64,000 nt of DNA. It comes from Flavobacteriaceae bacterium. Lineage in GTDB: Bacteria; Bacteroidota; Bacteroidia; Flavobacteriales; Flavobacteriaceae. Positions 48,390 to 59,360 of the stretch are shown piece by piece. The position numbers and the translations under genes were made by a program. Each line of letters opens with the position of its first letter. The stretch's first letter is position 1. The notes under the pieces are model-generated. The model was not told the DNA's origin. It did not search any database and worked only from the letters and a program-made list of their open reading frames with translations. Location: NCBI GenBank assembly GCA_018669795.1, contig JABHSQ010000014.1, forward strand, positions 26,591-90,590, given 5' to 3'.

Positions 48390-49313
48390 TTGCAAAATAA
48401 AAAAATACTTATATGTATTGTTGGTCCTACTGCCATTGGTAAAACAGCACTTTCTATTAAAATAGCCAATCATTTTTCTACTGAAATAATATCTGCAGAT
48501 TCAAGGCAATTTTATAAAGAAATGAATATAGGAACTGCGGTTCCATCTTCTAAAGAATTAAAAAGTGTTAAACATCACTTTATACAAAACAAAAGTATTT
48601 TTGAAGACTATAATGTTGGAAGTTTTGAAAAGGATGCAATTCAATTATTAGGCAATCTATTTAAAATAAATCCAATAACTGTTATGGTAGGAGGATCTGG
48701 ACTCTATATCGATGCTATTATTAAAGGGCTAGATAAATTTCCTGAAGTTTCTCAAGAGATAAGAATTGCGCTTAATAATGATTATAACAAACTTGGAATT
48801 GAATTTCTTCAAGAAGAGTTAAAGCAAAAAGATCCCACTTATTATAATAAAGTAGATTTACAAAATTACCATAGAGTCATAAGAGCTCTTGAAGTTTGCA
48901 GGTATCAAAAGCTACCCTATTCTTCATTTTTAAATTCTGAAAATAAAACTCGAGAGTTTGAAACTATTTTTATTGGTTTACAAGCAGAAAGATATTTGGT
49001 TTATAACAAAATTAATCTGAGAGTTGATATGATGATTGATAAAGGTTTAATAGAAGAAGCAAAAGAATTACTTCCCTACAAAACATTAAATGCGCTACAA
49101 ACTGTTGGGTACAAAGAATTATTTAAATATTTTGAAGGTAGCGCTACTAAAGAAGAAGCAATTGAAGAAATAAAGAAAAACACAAGACGATTTGCTAAAA
49201 GGCAAGGTACATGGTTTCGAAAAAATGAAAAAATTAATTGGTTTAATTATACTACTGGAGCTTCCGAAATCATTCAATTTATAGAAAACGAACTTCTCGT
49301 TTTTGAAAAGTAA
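48390..49313 (+). CDS. miaA: tRNA dimethylallyltransferase
   Basis: GPTAIGKT P-loop, SADSRQ.YK.M.IGTA motif, 307 aa. TTG start. Confidence 0.92.
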   Translation: MQNKKILICIVGPTAIGKTALSIKIANHFSTEIISADSRQFYKEMNIGTAVPSSKELKSVKHHFIQNKSIFEDYNVGSFEKDAIQLLGNLFKINPITVMVGGSGLYIDAIIKGLDKFPEVSQEIRIALNNDYNKLGIEFLQEELKQKDPTYYNKVDLQNYHRVIRALEVCRYQKLPYSSFLNSENKTREFETIFIGLQAERYLVYNKINLRVDMMIDKGLIEEAKELLPYKTLNALQTVGYKELFKYFEGSATKEEAIEEIKKNTRRFAKRQGTWFRKNEKINWFNYTTGASEIIQFIENELLVFEK

Positions 49314-49347
49314 TCAAATATGGGAAGATGTCAAAAAATAACAATAA

Positions 49348-50064
49348 TTAATATTCAACTTCGCTTTTTACCACTAATCTAAACCCTTCTCCATGTATAT
49401 TAATAATTTCTACATTATCATCTTTACTTAAATACTTACGTAATTTAGCAATATATACATCCATACTTCGAGAAGTAAAATAATTATCATCTCTCCATAT
49501 TTTCGTCAAAGCCAATTCACGAGGCATCAAATCATTTTTGTGCAATGCTAATAAACGTAGCAAATCATTCTCTTTTGGAGATAGTGTTATAGGGTTTTCT
49601 TTATTAAGCGTTAAGAAACGCAATCTTGAATTTAAGAAAAAATTTCCTATTTCAAACTCAAATACTTTACTACCTGCAAGAGTATCCGTGGATTTACGCT
49701 GAATAATTGCTTTTATTTTCATTAATAAAACTTCACTATCAAATGGTTTATTTAAATAGTCATCTGCTCCTACTTTATAGCCTCTTAACACATCTTCTTT
49801 TAAAGCTTTAGCCGTTAAGAAAATAATCGGGACTTCTTTATTTTTCTCACGAATTTCCTTTGCTAAAGTAAATCCATCTTTATATGGCATCATTACATCA
49901 AGAATGCAAAGATCAAAATCTCCTTTTTTAAATTTTTCAAATCCTTCCATTCCATTTTTAGCATGAGTAACATCATAGTTATTCATTGCTAGATAATCTT
50001 TAAGTACAGTTCCAAAGTTTGGATCGTCTTCTACTAAAAGAATTTTTTTGTTTTCAGTTTCCAT
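49348..50064 (-). CDS. OmpR/PhoB family response regulator transcription factor
   Basis: Receiver domain (LLVEDD, DLCILDVMMP, LTAK) plus a winged-helix C-terminus. Confidence 0.9.
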   Translation of the reverse strand: METENKKILLVEDDPNFGTVLKDYLAMNNYDVTHAKNGMEGFEKFKKGDFDLCILDVMMPYKDGFTLAKEIREKNKEVPIIFLTAKALKEDVLRGYKVGADDYLNKPFDSEVLLMKIKAIIQRKSTDTLAGSKVFEFEIGNFFLNSRLRFLTLNKENPITLSPKENDLLRLLALHKNDLMPRELALTKIWRDDNYFTSRSMDVYIAKLRKYLSKDDNVEIINIHGEGFRLVVKSEVEY

Positions 50065-50068
50065 ATTA

Positions 50069-51631
50069 TTATGATATTAAGTGTATTTTTATGCTAAAGG
50101 TACTGCCTTTTCCTTTCTCGCTATCTACGTTTATTCCTGCATTATGGTCGTCTAATATTCTTTTTACATAAGAAAGCCCCAGACCATGCCCTTTTACGTT
50201 ATGAATATTACCCATTTGCTCTCTATAAAATTTTTCAAATATTTTATTTTGTACTACCTTACTCATTCCAATCCCCTTGTCTACAATTTTAAGTATAATG
50301 TTATTTCCTTCATTTTCGGTATATATATCTATTTCTGGAGCTACTTCTGTATATTTAATTGCGTTGTCAATAATATTCACTATTATATTAGTTAAATGAA
50401 TATCACTCCCGTACACAGATGAATTTAAAGCATTTAAATGAGTTTTAATATAACCCCCTTTATTTTCTACAATTAAACTAACGTGCGTAATTGCATCCTC
50501 AATAATATAGTGTAGGTTCACTTCTCCCTTTTCTAAATCCAATTCATCATTTTCAAGTTTAGAAATACGCAATACATTCTCAACTTGAGTGTGCATTCTT
50601 TGATTTTCTTCTCTAATCATATTATGATACCTAGCAATAAACTCTTTATTATCTGATACTTTTGGATTTTTTAAAGCATCTAAAGCTAAATTTATAGTAG
50701 CAATAGGTGTTTTAAATTCGTGAGTCATATTGTTTATAAAATCAGTTTTTATTTGTGAAATCTGGCGTTGTTTCAGCAATTGTCTTAATGCACTTGTATA
50801 GGTTAAAATTATAACCCCAGTAAACAAAAGAGATAATATGGCCATTCCCATAATGGAATTCAACACAAAGTTTTCCTTATCAGAAAAATTTACATATAAT
50901 TGAAAATTTGTTTTTATATCATCATTTACAAATAAAGGCACACCATAAGTAGAAGTAGGATCTAAAGTGAAATTTCTTGAACGAATTTTTGTAGCTAAAC
51001 TATTGCTATAAACTGCATATTCAAAATTAGTACTCAATCCTAATTCCTCTAGTTGTTTAATAATTAATTTTTTAATTTTTTCACCTGACGTTCTTTTATG
51101 AATAGGTGTTTTAGATAAAATATTTTTATACGCATTTTCGAATTGATTTTGCTCATAGTCTTTTAAACGCTTAAAAGATTCAGTTTTGGTTTGAACATTT
51201 TTATTACCATCAATTCCAGAGGTAATTTTAGTAGTAACCTTTCGGCTAGTAATCTTTTTAAATTGAATACTATCCATATCTAAATTCAAGGCACTTGAAG
51301 ATAACTTGTAATTTTCTTCTAAAACACCATCTGAAAAAATGTATATTTCATCATTTCTTTCATTAGTAATGGAATAAATAAGTTCGCTAAAACTAGCTTG
51401 ATCTGATACTTGGATGGTATCAATTATACTATTATAAACATTATAGTATTTCTCAATTTCTTCTAATTGTATTTCTTTAGATACAGATATAAGTACTTGG
51501 CGAATATTTAAAGTAAATTGATCTTCTCTATTTTGGTATGAATTTTTTATCCAATATCCTTGTACAAAAATTATCCCTAACAAGGAGAGTGTCATTAATG
51601 CAATGAGTAATGAAAAAAGTTTATTATTCAT
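50069..51631 (-). CDS. sensor histidine kinase
   Basis: Two TM segments bracket a periplasmic domain of about 230 aa. H-box HEFKTPIATI, and HATPase N, G1 and G2 boxes (DNAIKYT, DKGIGM, GHGLGLS). Confidence 0.88.
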   Translation of the reverse strand: MNNKLFSLLIALMTLSLLGIIFVQGYWIKNSYQNREDQFTLNIRQVLISVSKEIQLEEIEKYYNVYNSIIDTIQVSDQASFSELIYSITNERNDEIYIFSDGVLEENYKLSSSALNLDMDSIQFKKITSRKVTTKITSGIDGNKNVQTKTESFKRLKDYEQNQFENAYKNILSKTPIHKRTSGEKIKKLIIKQLEELGLSTNFEYAVYSNSLATKIRSRNFTLDPTSTYGVPLFVNDDIKTNFQLYVNFSDKENFVLNSIMGMAILSLLFTGVIILTYTSALRQLLKQRQISQIKTDFINNMTHEFKTPIATINLALDALKNPKVSDNKEFIARYHNMIREENQRMHTQVENVLRISKLENDELDLEKGEVNLHYIIEDAITHVSLIVENKGGYIKTHLNALNSSVYGSDIHLTNIIVNIIDNAIKYTEVAPEIDIYTENEGNNIILKIVDKGIGMSKVVQNKIFEKFYREQMGNIHNVKGHGLGLSYVKRILDDHNAGINVDSEKGKGSTFSIKIHLIS

Positions 51632-51704
51632 AGTTCAAAAATAGAATTTTAACATTTAGAGAGTCCTCTATTTAACCAAATGTTAACAAAATATAATATT
51701 CTGT

Positions 51705-52292
51705 TTATTTTAATCTTTTTAATAAAAATAAATGCAATTCTTCCACTTTTTTTTGAGTATTTTTTAATAGTATGCTTTCAATTATAGCATCTGCTAATTG
51801 ACTCTTTTTGTCATCACTCCATTGATTATTTATTCTATTTTCAATTTCTTTTCTGGTAAGCTGATCTCGTATTTTCACACGTTGTATACGATCTTCTAGA
51901 GGAGATGTAATTAAAATAGTGTAATCACATAGTTTATAACTGTTATTTTCAAAAAGAATGGCAGTTTCTTTAATACAATAAACTTCACTTTGTTTGCTCA
52001 TCCATTTTTCAAAATGCTTGGCAACTTTAGGATGAATAATTTGATTTATTTTTTTTAATAATTCATTGTCATTAAAGATCTTGTTGGCTACAAATTTTTT
52101 GTTAATTCCTGATGACAAATATGAATTTTCACCCAAAAGAGCAATTATTTTTCTACGAATAACTTTAGAGGTATTTGTAAGTTTTTTAGCTTCAACATCT
52201 GCAATATAAACTGGAACTCCCAAATCTAAAAACATGGATGCAACTGTGGTTTTACCACTTCCAATACCACCTGTGAGTCCAACAATTTTCAT
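51705..52292 (-). CDS. coaE: dephospho-CoA kinase
   Basis: GLTGGIGSGKTT P-loop at the N-terminus, 195 aa. Confidence 0.88.
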   Translation of the reverse strand: MKIVGLTGGIGSGKTTVASMFLDLGVPVYIADVEAKKLTNTSKVIRRKIIALLGENSYLSSGINKKFVANKIFNDNELLKKINQIIHPKVAKHFEKWMSKQSEVYCIKETAILFENNSYKLCDYTILITSPLEDRIQRVKIRDQLTRKEIENRINNQWSDDKKSQLADAIIESILLKNTQKKVEELHLFLLKRLK

Positions 52293-53242
52293 TTAAAAAT
52301 TAAATAATCAATTTTATTTTCTTGAATTTCAAGATTAATTATAGATGCTGGTTGATTCATTAAATGAGGTATCATAAAATCTTCTTGAATATTTTTTTTA
52401 TCAAAATCACAAATTATAATAAAATTATTAGCAATAATCTTATTATAATTATCCATTGGTACATCGAAGCGTATTGTTACATTTTCGGGGACCAATTTTA
52501 TTGATAGGTCCAAAGGTAAATTATTTACAACAACAGGAACTAATAATGTTTTTTGAGTAAATTCTTTTACAGAAACACGAAGCTTAACATTATCTTGTGA
52601 ATAGGAAATACTAGTATCATTTGATATATTTAAATTAACTACAGTAGTAATATTTTCACTAACATTAATTAATTCTAACAATTCAGTTTTTATTTCGGTT
52701 AGCGTGTCTAAATGTTGTGTAGGACCAGAAATAGTTATAGAATCTGGAGTTAATTTATATCCTCCAATTGGTTTAAATCCGTTTTTAAACTGAATATTTT
52801 TAAACAAAGAAACTTTTACTTTTTTCGTTTTTAATTTATCTAGTAATACTTCCATATTTTCAATAGAAACATTATTAACAATAATATCATTTTTTAATTG
52901 TGAACTTATTATCCTTTTAAATTCACTATTAGAAATTACAAAATTAGATTCCCCTTCTTTAAAATATTTATGCAAATCAATATTTACAATTGGTTTGTTT
53001 AGTTTATAATATAAGAAATTAAAGCCACTGCTTGTGAAATAGAAAGTTACAAAATCATAGTTATTTTCTGAAACAATAACTCCGTGTGGAACATTAATAT
53101 AGTGGATTTCTGCTTCTATGTTAGAAGTAAACTCGCGCGAAAATTTTGAAATAAACCAAATAAATGTCGTTACAAAAAGAAAAAGTAGAAACATCTTAGG
53201 CTTCCCTTTTTTTGTGTTATTTGTTTTACTTTCTGACATCAA
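52289..53242 (-). CDS. YbbR-like domain-containing protein
   Basis: An N-terminal TM anchor followed by repeated beta-rich modules of about 80 aa. It overlaps the coaE start by 4 nt. The family call comes from memory of the conserved flavobacterial context. Confidence 0.55.
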   Translation of the reverse strand: MMSESKTNNTKKGKPKMFLLFLFVTTFIWFISKFSREFTSNIEAEIHYINVPHGVIVSENNYDFVTFYFTSSGFNFLYYKLNKPIVNIDLHKYFKEGESNFVISNSEFKRIISSQLKNDIIVNNVSIENMEVLLDKLKTKKVKVSLFKNIQFKNGFKPIGGYKLTPDSITISGPTQHLDTLTEIKTELLELINVSENITTVVNLNISNDTSISYSQDNVKLRVSVKEFTQKTLLVPVVVNNLPLDLSIKLVPENVTIRFDVPMDNYNKIIANNFIIICDFDKKNIQEDFMIPHLMNQPASIINLEIQENKIDYLIFK

Positions 53243-53266
53243 ATTAAATATATATTTATGTTAAAA

Positions 53267-54280
53267 TTACTTAAAAAATAATTGAGGAAACTGTTTTTTA
53301 GGATCTCTTTTTAAAATACGTATATAAATAGTAGATTTTAAAAAAGCCGAGCCATATCCTATGAATTGAATAAAAAATGCCATAACAGATAATATACCGA
53401 TGACTATACTCTTATTCTTAATACTAGAATCAACTAACACTATACTTGAATAAGTGGCTAAAGGGACTAAGAATAAAATATTAAAAACTATTCCAAAAAA
53501 TAAAGAGTTAATAACAAAAAATATAAAAATAGTAGGAAACCAAAAAGTAATTTTAGAAGCTTTTGGATGCCAATTATTTAATATAGGCCTTACTAAACCA
53601 AACTTATAAACTTGTTTATAAAATTTTTTCCATGAAACCCTCCGTTTATGATAAACAAAAGCATTTGGTATAAATACAGTATGGTAATTTTCTTTTAAAA
53701 TACGTTGTGACAAATCTGGGTCTTCACCAGGGTGAATCTTTGAAAAACCCTTTGTTTTTAAAAAGACTTCTTTAGAAATCCCCATATTAAAGCTTCTAGG
53801 TTCAAATTTCTGAATGCTTTTTTTACTTCCTCTAATACCTCCAGTGGTATAAAATGAAGTCATCGTATAATTAATTGCTTTTTGAAGTGTTGTAAAATCA
53901 ATATTTGAAGAATCTGCTCCTCCAAAACAATGATAAAAATTATTATTTAAAAAAGCATCAACTGTGCTTAAATAATGGGACGGTAAAATACAATCTGAGT
54001 CCAAAATGATAAAATAATTACCTTTTGCCATTTGCATTCCAAAATTTCTTGAATCTCCAGGACCTGAATTTTCTTTAAAATAATAAGATATATTTAGGTT
54101 TTCTTTGAAATCTGAAATTATGTATTTGCAAGTTTTAATAGATCCATCCTCAATTATTATAATTTCATATGCTTCTTTAAAATCTAATTCCAAAAAACTT
54201 TTTAAAAGTTCTTTCACTTCCTCAGGTCTATTAAAAACAGGTATTATAAAAGAATATTTTAAAGAATTTAGCATGAACAA
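53267..54280 (-). CDS. family 2 glycosyltransferase with C-terminal membrane segments
   Basis: FIIPVFNRPEE, ILDSDC (DxD) and a hydrophobic C-terminal third. Confidence 0.8.
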   Translation of the reverse strand: MFMLNSLKYSFIIPVFNRPEEVKELLKSFLELDFKEAYEIIIIEDGSIKTCKYIISDFKENLNISYYFKENSGPGDSRNFGMQMAKGNYFIILDSDCILPSHYLSTVDAFLNNNFYHCFGGADSSNIDFTTLQKAINYTMTSFYTTGGIRGSKKSIQKFEPRSFNMGISKEVFLKTKGFSKIHPGEDPDLSQRILKENYHTVFIPNAFVYHKRRVSWKKFYKQVYKFGLVRPILNNWHPKASKITFWFPTIFIFFVINSLFFGIVFNILFLVPLATYSSIVLVDSSIKNKSIVIGILSVMAFFIQFIGYGSAFLKSTIYIRILKRDPKKQFPQLFFK

Positions 54281-54342
54281 AGATATGCAAAAAAAAAGCC
54301 ATCCATAATTACTTATAGATGGCTTCTAGTTTAAAAAAAATA

Positions 54343-55155
54343 TTATTTCATAAAAGTTTCCATTACTTCATTACTAACTCCCATATTTGAGAATCCTCCA
54401 TCATTATATAAATTTTGAAGTGTTACTCTTTTAGTTAAATCACTAAACATGGCAATAGTGTAATTAGCACAATCTAAGGCCGTGGCATTCCCTAATGGTG
54501 ACATTTTTTCAGCATAAGCAATAAAACCATCAAAACCTTTTACCCCTTGTCCTGCTGTTGTAGGTGTTGGTGACTGAGAAATTGTATTTACCCTAACGTT
54601 CTTATCTCTTCCAAAAAAGTAACCAAAACTACGAGCAATAGACTCTAAATAAGCTTTATTATCTGCCATATCATTATAATCTGGAAAAACTCGCTGCGAT
54701 GCCATATAAGTCAATGCAACAATACTACCCCATTCATTCATTGCATCTTTTTTATACAACACTTGCATTACTTTATGAAATGAACCTGCAGAAACATCCC
54801 AGCCTTTATGTGTGAAAGAATAATTCTGATCGGTATACACATTTCCTTTACGTACATTAACAGACATTCCAATGGAGTGTAAAACAAAATCAATTTTGCC
54901 TCCTAAAATCTCTAATGATTGATCAATTAGGTTTTCTAGATCTTCAATACTAGTTGCATCAGCTGGAATAATTTCAGAATTAGTTTTAGCTGCCAATTCT
55001 TTTATTTGCCCCATTCTCATTGCAATAGGTGCATTTGTTAAAACAAATACCCCTCCTTCTTTATGAACTTGTTCGGCTGTTTTCCAAGCAATTGAATTTT
55101 CATCTAAAGCCCCAAAAATAATTCCCCGTTTTCCTTTTAATAAATTATATGCCAT
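54343..55155 (-). CDS. fabI: enoyl-[acyl-carrier-protein] reductase (NADH) FabI
   Basis: SDR fold with LKGKRGIIFG...SIAW and the Y..M...K catalytic pattern, 270 aa. Confidence 0.9.
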   Translation of the reverse strand: MAYNLLKGKRGIIFGALDENSIAWKTAEQVHKEGGVFVLTNAPIAMRMGQIKELAAKTNSEIIPADATSIEDLENLIDQSLEILGGKIDFVLHSIGMSVNVRKGNVYTDQNYSFTHKGWDVSAGSFHKVMQVLYKKDAMNEWGSIVALTYMASQRVFPDYNDMADNKAYLESIARSFGYFFGRDKNVRVNTISQSPTPTTAGQGVKGFDGFIAYAEKMSPLGNATALDCANYTIAMFSDLTKRVTLQNLYNDGGFSNMGVSNEVMETFMK

Positions 55156-55189
55156 CGTTTTTTATTTTTTACGATTGTAAATATACGCT

Positions 55190-56842
55190 TTAATTCAATA
55201 GTTCTTTTGCTTGATTTATTGCTGAAATAGATTTGTTTTTACCTCCAATCATCTCTGCAATTTCAGTGATTCTTTCTTCTTTTGTTAATGTTTTTAATTT
55301 TGTCTGAGTTATCTGATTAACATCTTCTTTGAAAATTTTTATATGTTGATTTCCTACTGCTGCCAATTGAGGTAAATGGGTAATTACGAAAATTTGCATT
55401 GTCAAACTCATTTCCTTTAAAATTTCTGCCATTTTATAGGCTATTTCTCCTGAAACACCAGAATCTATTTCATCAAAAATAGCAGTTGGCAACCTTTTAT
55501 ATTGAGCAATTACCGCCTTAAAAGAAAGCATAATCCTACTTAATTCTCCGCCTGAAGCTACTTTATTTAATGGACCAAAATTATGCCCTTTATTTGCTGT
55601 AAATAATAATAATAATGAATCTGTACCATTATTCTTGAAAATAGTAGTTGATGTTAATTCAAACTTAAAAGTTGCATTAGGCATCCCCAAGTCATTTAGT
55701 GTATTTGTGAGTTTATTTTTTAGAGTAGGAATTACACTTAGGCGTTTTTTATGAATTTTATCAGCAAGAGCTTTTAACGTTTTATGCAAGTTTTCTTGAA
55801 ATATTTCTAGTTTTTTAATCTTTCCATCAAGGTTATTGGTGATTTCAATTTTTTCTTCTAAGACTGTTTGAATTTCGAGTAGTTGAGTAATTGTAGCAAC
55901 AGTATGTTTTTTTTGCAATTTATAAATAGTCTGAAGTTTTTCATTAATTTCATTTAGTAATGATGGGTCAGCCTCTATACTCGAAGATAAATTAATCATT
56001 TCCTCAGAAACATCATCCATTTCTATAATTACACAATTTAATCGTTCGTATAAATTTCCAAAATCTGAAGAAACAGTATTCAGTTTAACAAGTAAATTTC
56101 TAGTTTCTTTTAAAATATTTAAAGCTCCATACTGCTCTTCATTTAGCAAACCATTTACAGATTTTAATGTTTCTTGAATAGCTTCGGTATTATTAAGTTT
56201 ACTATAGGTTTCTTCTAAAACATCTTGGTTTGCATTTTTTAAATTAGCTTCCACCAATTCATCATATAAAAAAGTATTATAATCCAACTCCTTTGATGCG
56301 GATTCTTTTTTATAAACTAATTCTAAAATTGTTTCTGAAACCTCCTTATAGTCTTTTAGTTTTTCAGAATAGTTTTCCGACAACACCAAGTTACCAGCTA
56401 AAATATCTAAAATTTCTAATTGATATGCTTCTGATAATAATGAAAATGTTTCATGTTGACTATGGATATCTACTAAATGATTTGATATTGAATGAAGTTG
56501 AGAAAGAGTCACCGGTGTATCATTTACAAATGCTCTTGATTTACCAGAGGGTAAAAGTTCTCTTCTAATAATAGTATGTGTATCAAAATCAAGTTCACAT
56601 TTATTAAACAAAATTAAAAATTTACTTTTCTCTAATACAAACTCTGCCTCTATAATACATTTTAAGGCGTTATTCCTTATACTATTTAAATCTGCCCTTT
56701 TACCTAAAACCAATGAAAGAGCACCTAAAATAATTGATTTCCCTGCACCTGTTTCTCCTGTTATTGATGTTAGTCCTGAAGTAAAATCAACACAGACATC
56801 GTCTATAAGAGCAAAGTTTTTTATGGATAGTTTAGAAAGCAA
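55190..56842 (-). CDS. recN: DNA repair protein RecN
   Basis: N-terminus L.I.NFALI plus GETGAGKSI, a long coiled-coil, and the C-terminal ASGGELSR and FDEIDSG motifs. Confidence 0.93.
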   Translation of the reverse strand: MLSKLSIKNFALIDDVCVDFTSGLTSITGETGAGKSIILGALSLVLGKRADLNSIRNNALKCIIEAEFVLEKSKFLILFNKCELDFDTHTIIRRELLPSGKSRAFVNDTPVTLSQLHSISNHLVDIHSQHETFSLLSEAYQLEILDILAGNLVLSENYSEKLKDYKEVSETILELVYKKESASKELDYNTFLYDELVEANLKNANQDVLEETYSKLNNTEAIQETLKSVNGLLNEEQYGALNILKETRNLLVKLNTVSSDFGNLYERLNCVIIEMDDVSEEMINLSSSIEADPSLLNEINEKLQTIYKLQKKHTVATITQLLEIQTVLEEKIEITNNLDGKIKKLEIFQENLHKTLKALADKIHKKRLSVIPTLKNKLTNTLNDLGMPNATFKFELTSTTIFKNNGTDSLLLLFTANKGHNFGPLNKVASGGELSRIMLSFKAVIAQYKRLPTAIFDEIDSGVSGEIAYKMAEILKEMSLTMQIFVITHLPQLAAVGNQHIKIFKEDVNQITQTKLKTLTKEERITEIAEMIGGKNKSISAINQAKELLN

Positions 56843-56916
56843 ATTTTATTTTTTAAAAAAAAACATTTTTAATCTCTAAAGTAATTTAACTAATTACTTC
56901 TATTTAAAGATATGTC

Positions 56917-57807
56917 CTAGTATTTTATCTCGGCCCAATTAGATCTTTTGGTGGGAGCCATTTTATTTAAATTATTAATAAGCCTGGTAATATCAATGGC
57001 AGGACCATCTGAATATATACTTTGAATTTCATCTGATTTCGCATCAAAAAAAGTACGTAACAAATATGAGTTTGGCCTTCTGTCATTTATTCCTTTTAGA
57101 ATATTTATAGCATTTGCAATATTAGATTTTGCAATTTTTGAAGATTGAGGCATTAAATCTAAACCCTTCCTATGATATTCGTACATAGCAGTATGATACT
57201 CTGCATAAACCTGTGAAAGTAATGCATCGTTGATACTATATCTTGACTGCTTACCGTCTATAGATTTCCATCCTATAAAACCACTACTTGCAGCAGTATT
57301 TACAATTTGTTTTGCTATTGCGAAATAAGGTTCTCCGCCATTTAATTCAAAAGTGTCAGCATCTAAACCAATAATTGTATAAACATGAAAGGCAATAACA
57401 GAAATCAGATTTGAAGTAAAGTTATTCACATTGAAAACTAAAGGTTGAAACTCTACATAACTAAAATTAAATTGCTTATCGTTATAATTGTAAATTGGAC
57501 TTGTATAGGAAGATCCATAAACAGGTCTAGATGCCTGTATTTGTATAGTAGCTTTAAATAAATTTGAATCGAAATCAGAAATTATAATAGATATATTACA
57601 TTCTATTTTTTCTTGATTTTTATAATTTTTATCAGTCCATGCAGTAGTATTTACCAATTCAGTTAACTGAGTCTCTAAAGTTCTAAATATATTATTATTA
57701 GGCTGCCCTGTTTGTTCAGCATTAATATATACTGAACAATTTAACTCTTGAGCATAACTAAATATTGATGTAAAAAAAATGGATACAAAAAGTAAATTTT
57801 TAAACAT
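56917..57807 (-). CDS. DUF4835 family protein (PorD-like, T9SS-associated)
   Basis: Signal peptide plus a LNC.V.IN start. It sits in the conserved position between coaBC and recN in Bacteroidota. The family assignment is from memory. Confidence 0.6.
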   Translation of the reverse strand: MFKNLLFVSIFFTSIFSYAQELNCSVYINAEQTGQPNNNIFRTLETQLTELVNTTAWTDKNYKNQEKIECNISIIISDFDSNLFKATIQIQASRPVYGSSYTSPIYNYNDKQFNFSYVEFQPLVFNVNNFTSNLISVIAFHVYTIIGLDADTFELNGGEPYFAIAKQIVNTAASSGFIGWKSIDGKQSRYSINDALLSQVYAEYHTAMYEYHRKGLDLMPQSSKIAKSNIANAINILKGINDRRPNSYLLRTFFDAKSDEIQSIYSDGPAIDITRLINNLNKMAPTKRSNWAEIKY

Positions 57808-59011
57808 ATAATTCTTTTATAATGTGTTGTAAAATATCGTTTGCAACTTCCTTCTTTAATTTAACATTAAAAGAAACTATTTTATTGTCTTTAGATATCA
57901 ACGTTATTTTATTAGTGTCAGATTTAAAGCCTGCACCTTTATCATTAAGCGAATTTAACACAATTAAATCTAAATTCTTTTTTTTCAATTTTGTTTTTGC
58001 ATTTTCTAATTCATTTTGAGTCTCCAATGCAAATCCAACTAAGTACTTATTAGATTTTATTTCACCTAATGAAGCCAATATGTCTTTAGTCTTATTTAAC
58101 TTGATAGTTAAAATTTCTTCTTTTTTCTTAATTTTATGAAGAGCTTCTTCATTGGGTGTAAAATCAGCTACGGCAGCACTTAAAATAGCAATATCACAAT
58201 TTTTAAAATAGCGATGAGTTGCTTTAAACATTTCATCTGCAGAAACTACATTGATTACACGTATCGCTTCATTATTTATATCTAAACTAACTGGACCTGA
58301 AATTAAAGTTACTTGAGCACCCAAATTTGCAGCTACCTCTGCAATAGCATATCCCATTTTTCCACTGGAATGATTTCCAATGAATCGCACAGGATCTATA
58401 GCTTCATACGTTGGTCCAGCTGTAATTAATAGCTCTTTATCTTTTAAAGGAAGTGCATCTAAAATATATTTTTCGATTAATGAAACAATATCTTCAGGTG
58501 ATGCCATTCTTCCTTGTCCTTCTAATCCACTAGCCAATTCTCCAATAGCTGCAGGTATTTGAATATCACCAAAATCATTCAATATTTTAAAATATTTTAA
58601 AGTAGAAGGATGTTTGTACATATCTAAATCCATTGCAGGGGCATAATATACAGGACATTTAGCAGATAAATAAACTGCTAATAACAAATTATCGCAAGTA
58701 CCATTAGCCATTTTGGACATGGTGTTTGCTGTAGCAGGAGCAATTAAAATCAAATTTGCCCAAAGGGCTAATTCAACATGGTTATTCCATTGGGCATTTT
58801 CATTATCTTCTTTTGTAAAAGAAGAATAAACTTTATTCTTAGATAATGTAGAAAGTGTTAAAGGGGTAACAAACTCTTTAGAAGTAGGAGTCATCACAAC
58901 TTTGACATTGGCTCCTTTTTTTATAAGAAGTCGAACTAGAAAAGCAGATTTATAAGCAGCAATACCGGCAGTTACACCAAGTAAAATATTTTTACCACTT
59001 AAAACTGACAT
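57800..59011 (-). CDS. coaBC: bifunctional phosphopantothenoylcysteine decarboxylase / phosphopantothenate-cysteine ligase
   Basis: Flavoprotein N-domain (GVTAGIAAYK, PAMD..M) and CoaB C-domain (ITAGPT.E.IDPVR.I.N.SSGKMG). Confidence 0.93.
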   Translation of the reverse strand: MSVLSGKNILLGVTAGIAAYKSAFLVRLLIKKGANVKVVMTPTSKEFVTPLTLSTLSKNKVYSSFTKEDNENAQWNNHVELALWANLILIAPATANTMSKMANGTCDNLLLAVYLSAKCPVYYAPAMDLDMYKHPSTLKYFKILNDFGDIQIPAAIGELASGLEGQGRMASPEDIVSLIEKYILDALPLKDKELLITAGPTYEAIDPVRFIGNHSSGKMGYAIAEVAANLGAQVTLISGPVSLDINNEAIRVINVVSADEMFKATHRYFKNCDIAILSAAVADFTPNEEALHKIKKKEEILTIKLNKTKDILASLGEIKSNKYLVGFALETQNELENAKTKLKKKNLDLIVLNSLNDKGAGFKSDTNKITLISKDNKIVSFNVKLKKEVANDILQHIIKELYV

Positions 59012-59014
59012 TTT

Positions 59015-59350
59015 TTATTTTTCTAATTCTTCGTCTTGAGTATTTCTATAGTAGATTTTATCATCTAACCATTCTTGAACAGCAATTGCATGCGGTTTCG
59101 GTAATTTTTCATAAAATTTCGAAACTTCAATTTGCTCTTTATTTTCAAATATTTCTTCTAAGCTATCATTATAAGTAGCAAACTCATCTAATTTTTCTAA
59201 CAATTCTTTCTTAATATCTTCATTAATTTGAACTGCTCTCTTAGAAATAATAGAAATTGCCTCATAAATATTATTTGTTGGGGCATCTATTAAGTTCTTG
59301 TCAATAGTAGTAGTGTTTGAAGGCGCTTCAGTTTTCTTTAAATCTTTCAT
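59015..59350 (-). CDS. rpoZ: DNA-directed RNA polymerase subunit omega
   Basis: The segment N.YEAISIISKRAVQIN is typical of the roughly 110-aa omega of Bacteroidota, located between bamD and coaBC. Confidence 0.75.
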   Translation of the reverse strand: MKDLKKTEAPSNTTTIDKNLIDAPTNNIYEAISIISKRAVQINEDIKKELLEKLDEFATYNDSLEEIFENKEQIEVSKFYEKLPKPHAIAVQEWLDDKIYYRNTQDEELEK

Positions 59351-59360
59351 ATATTTATTA

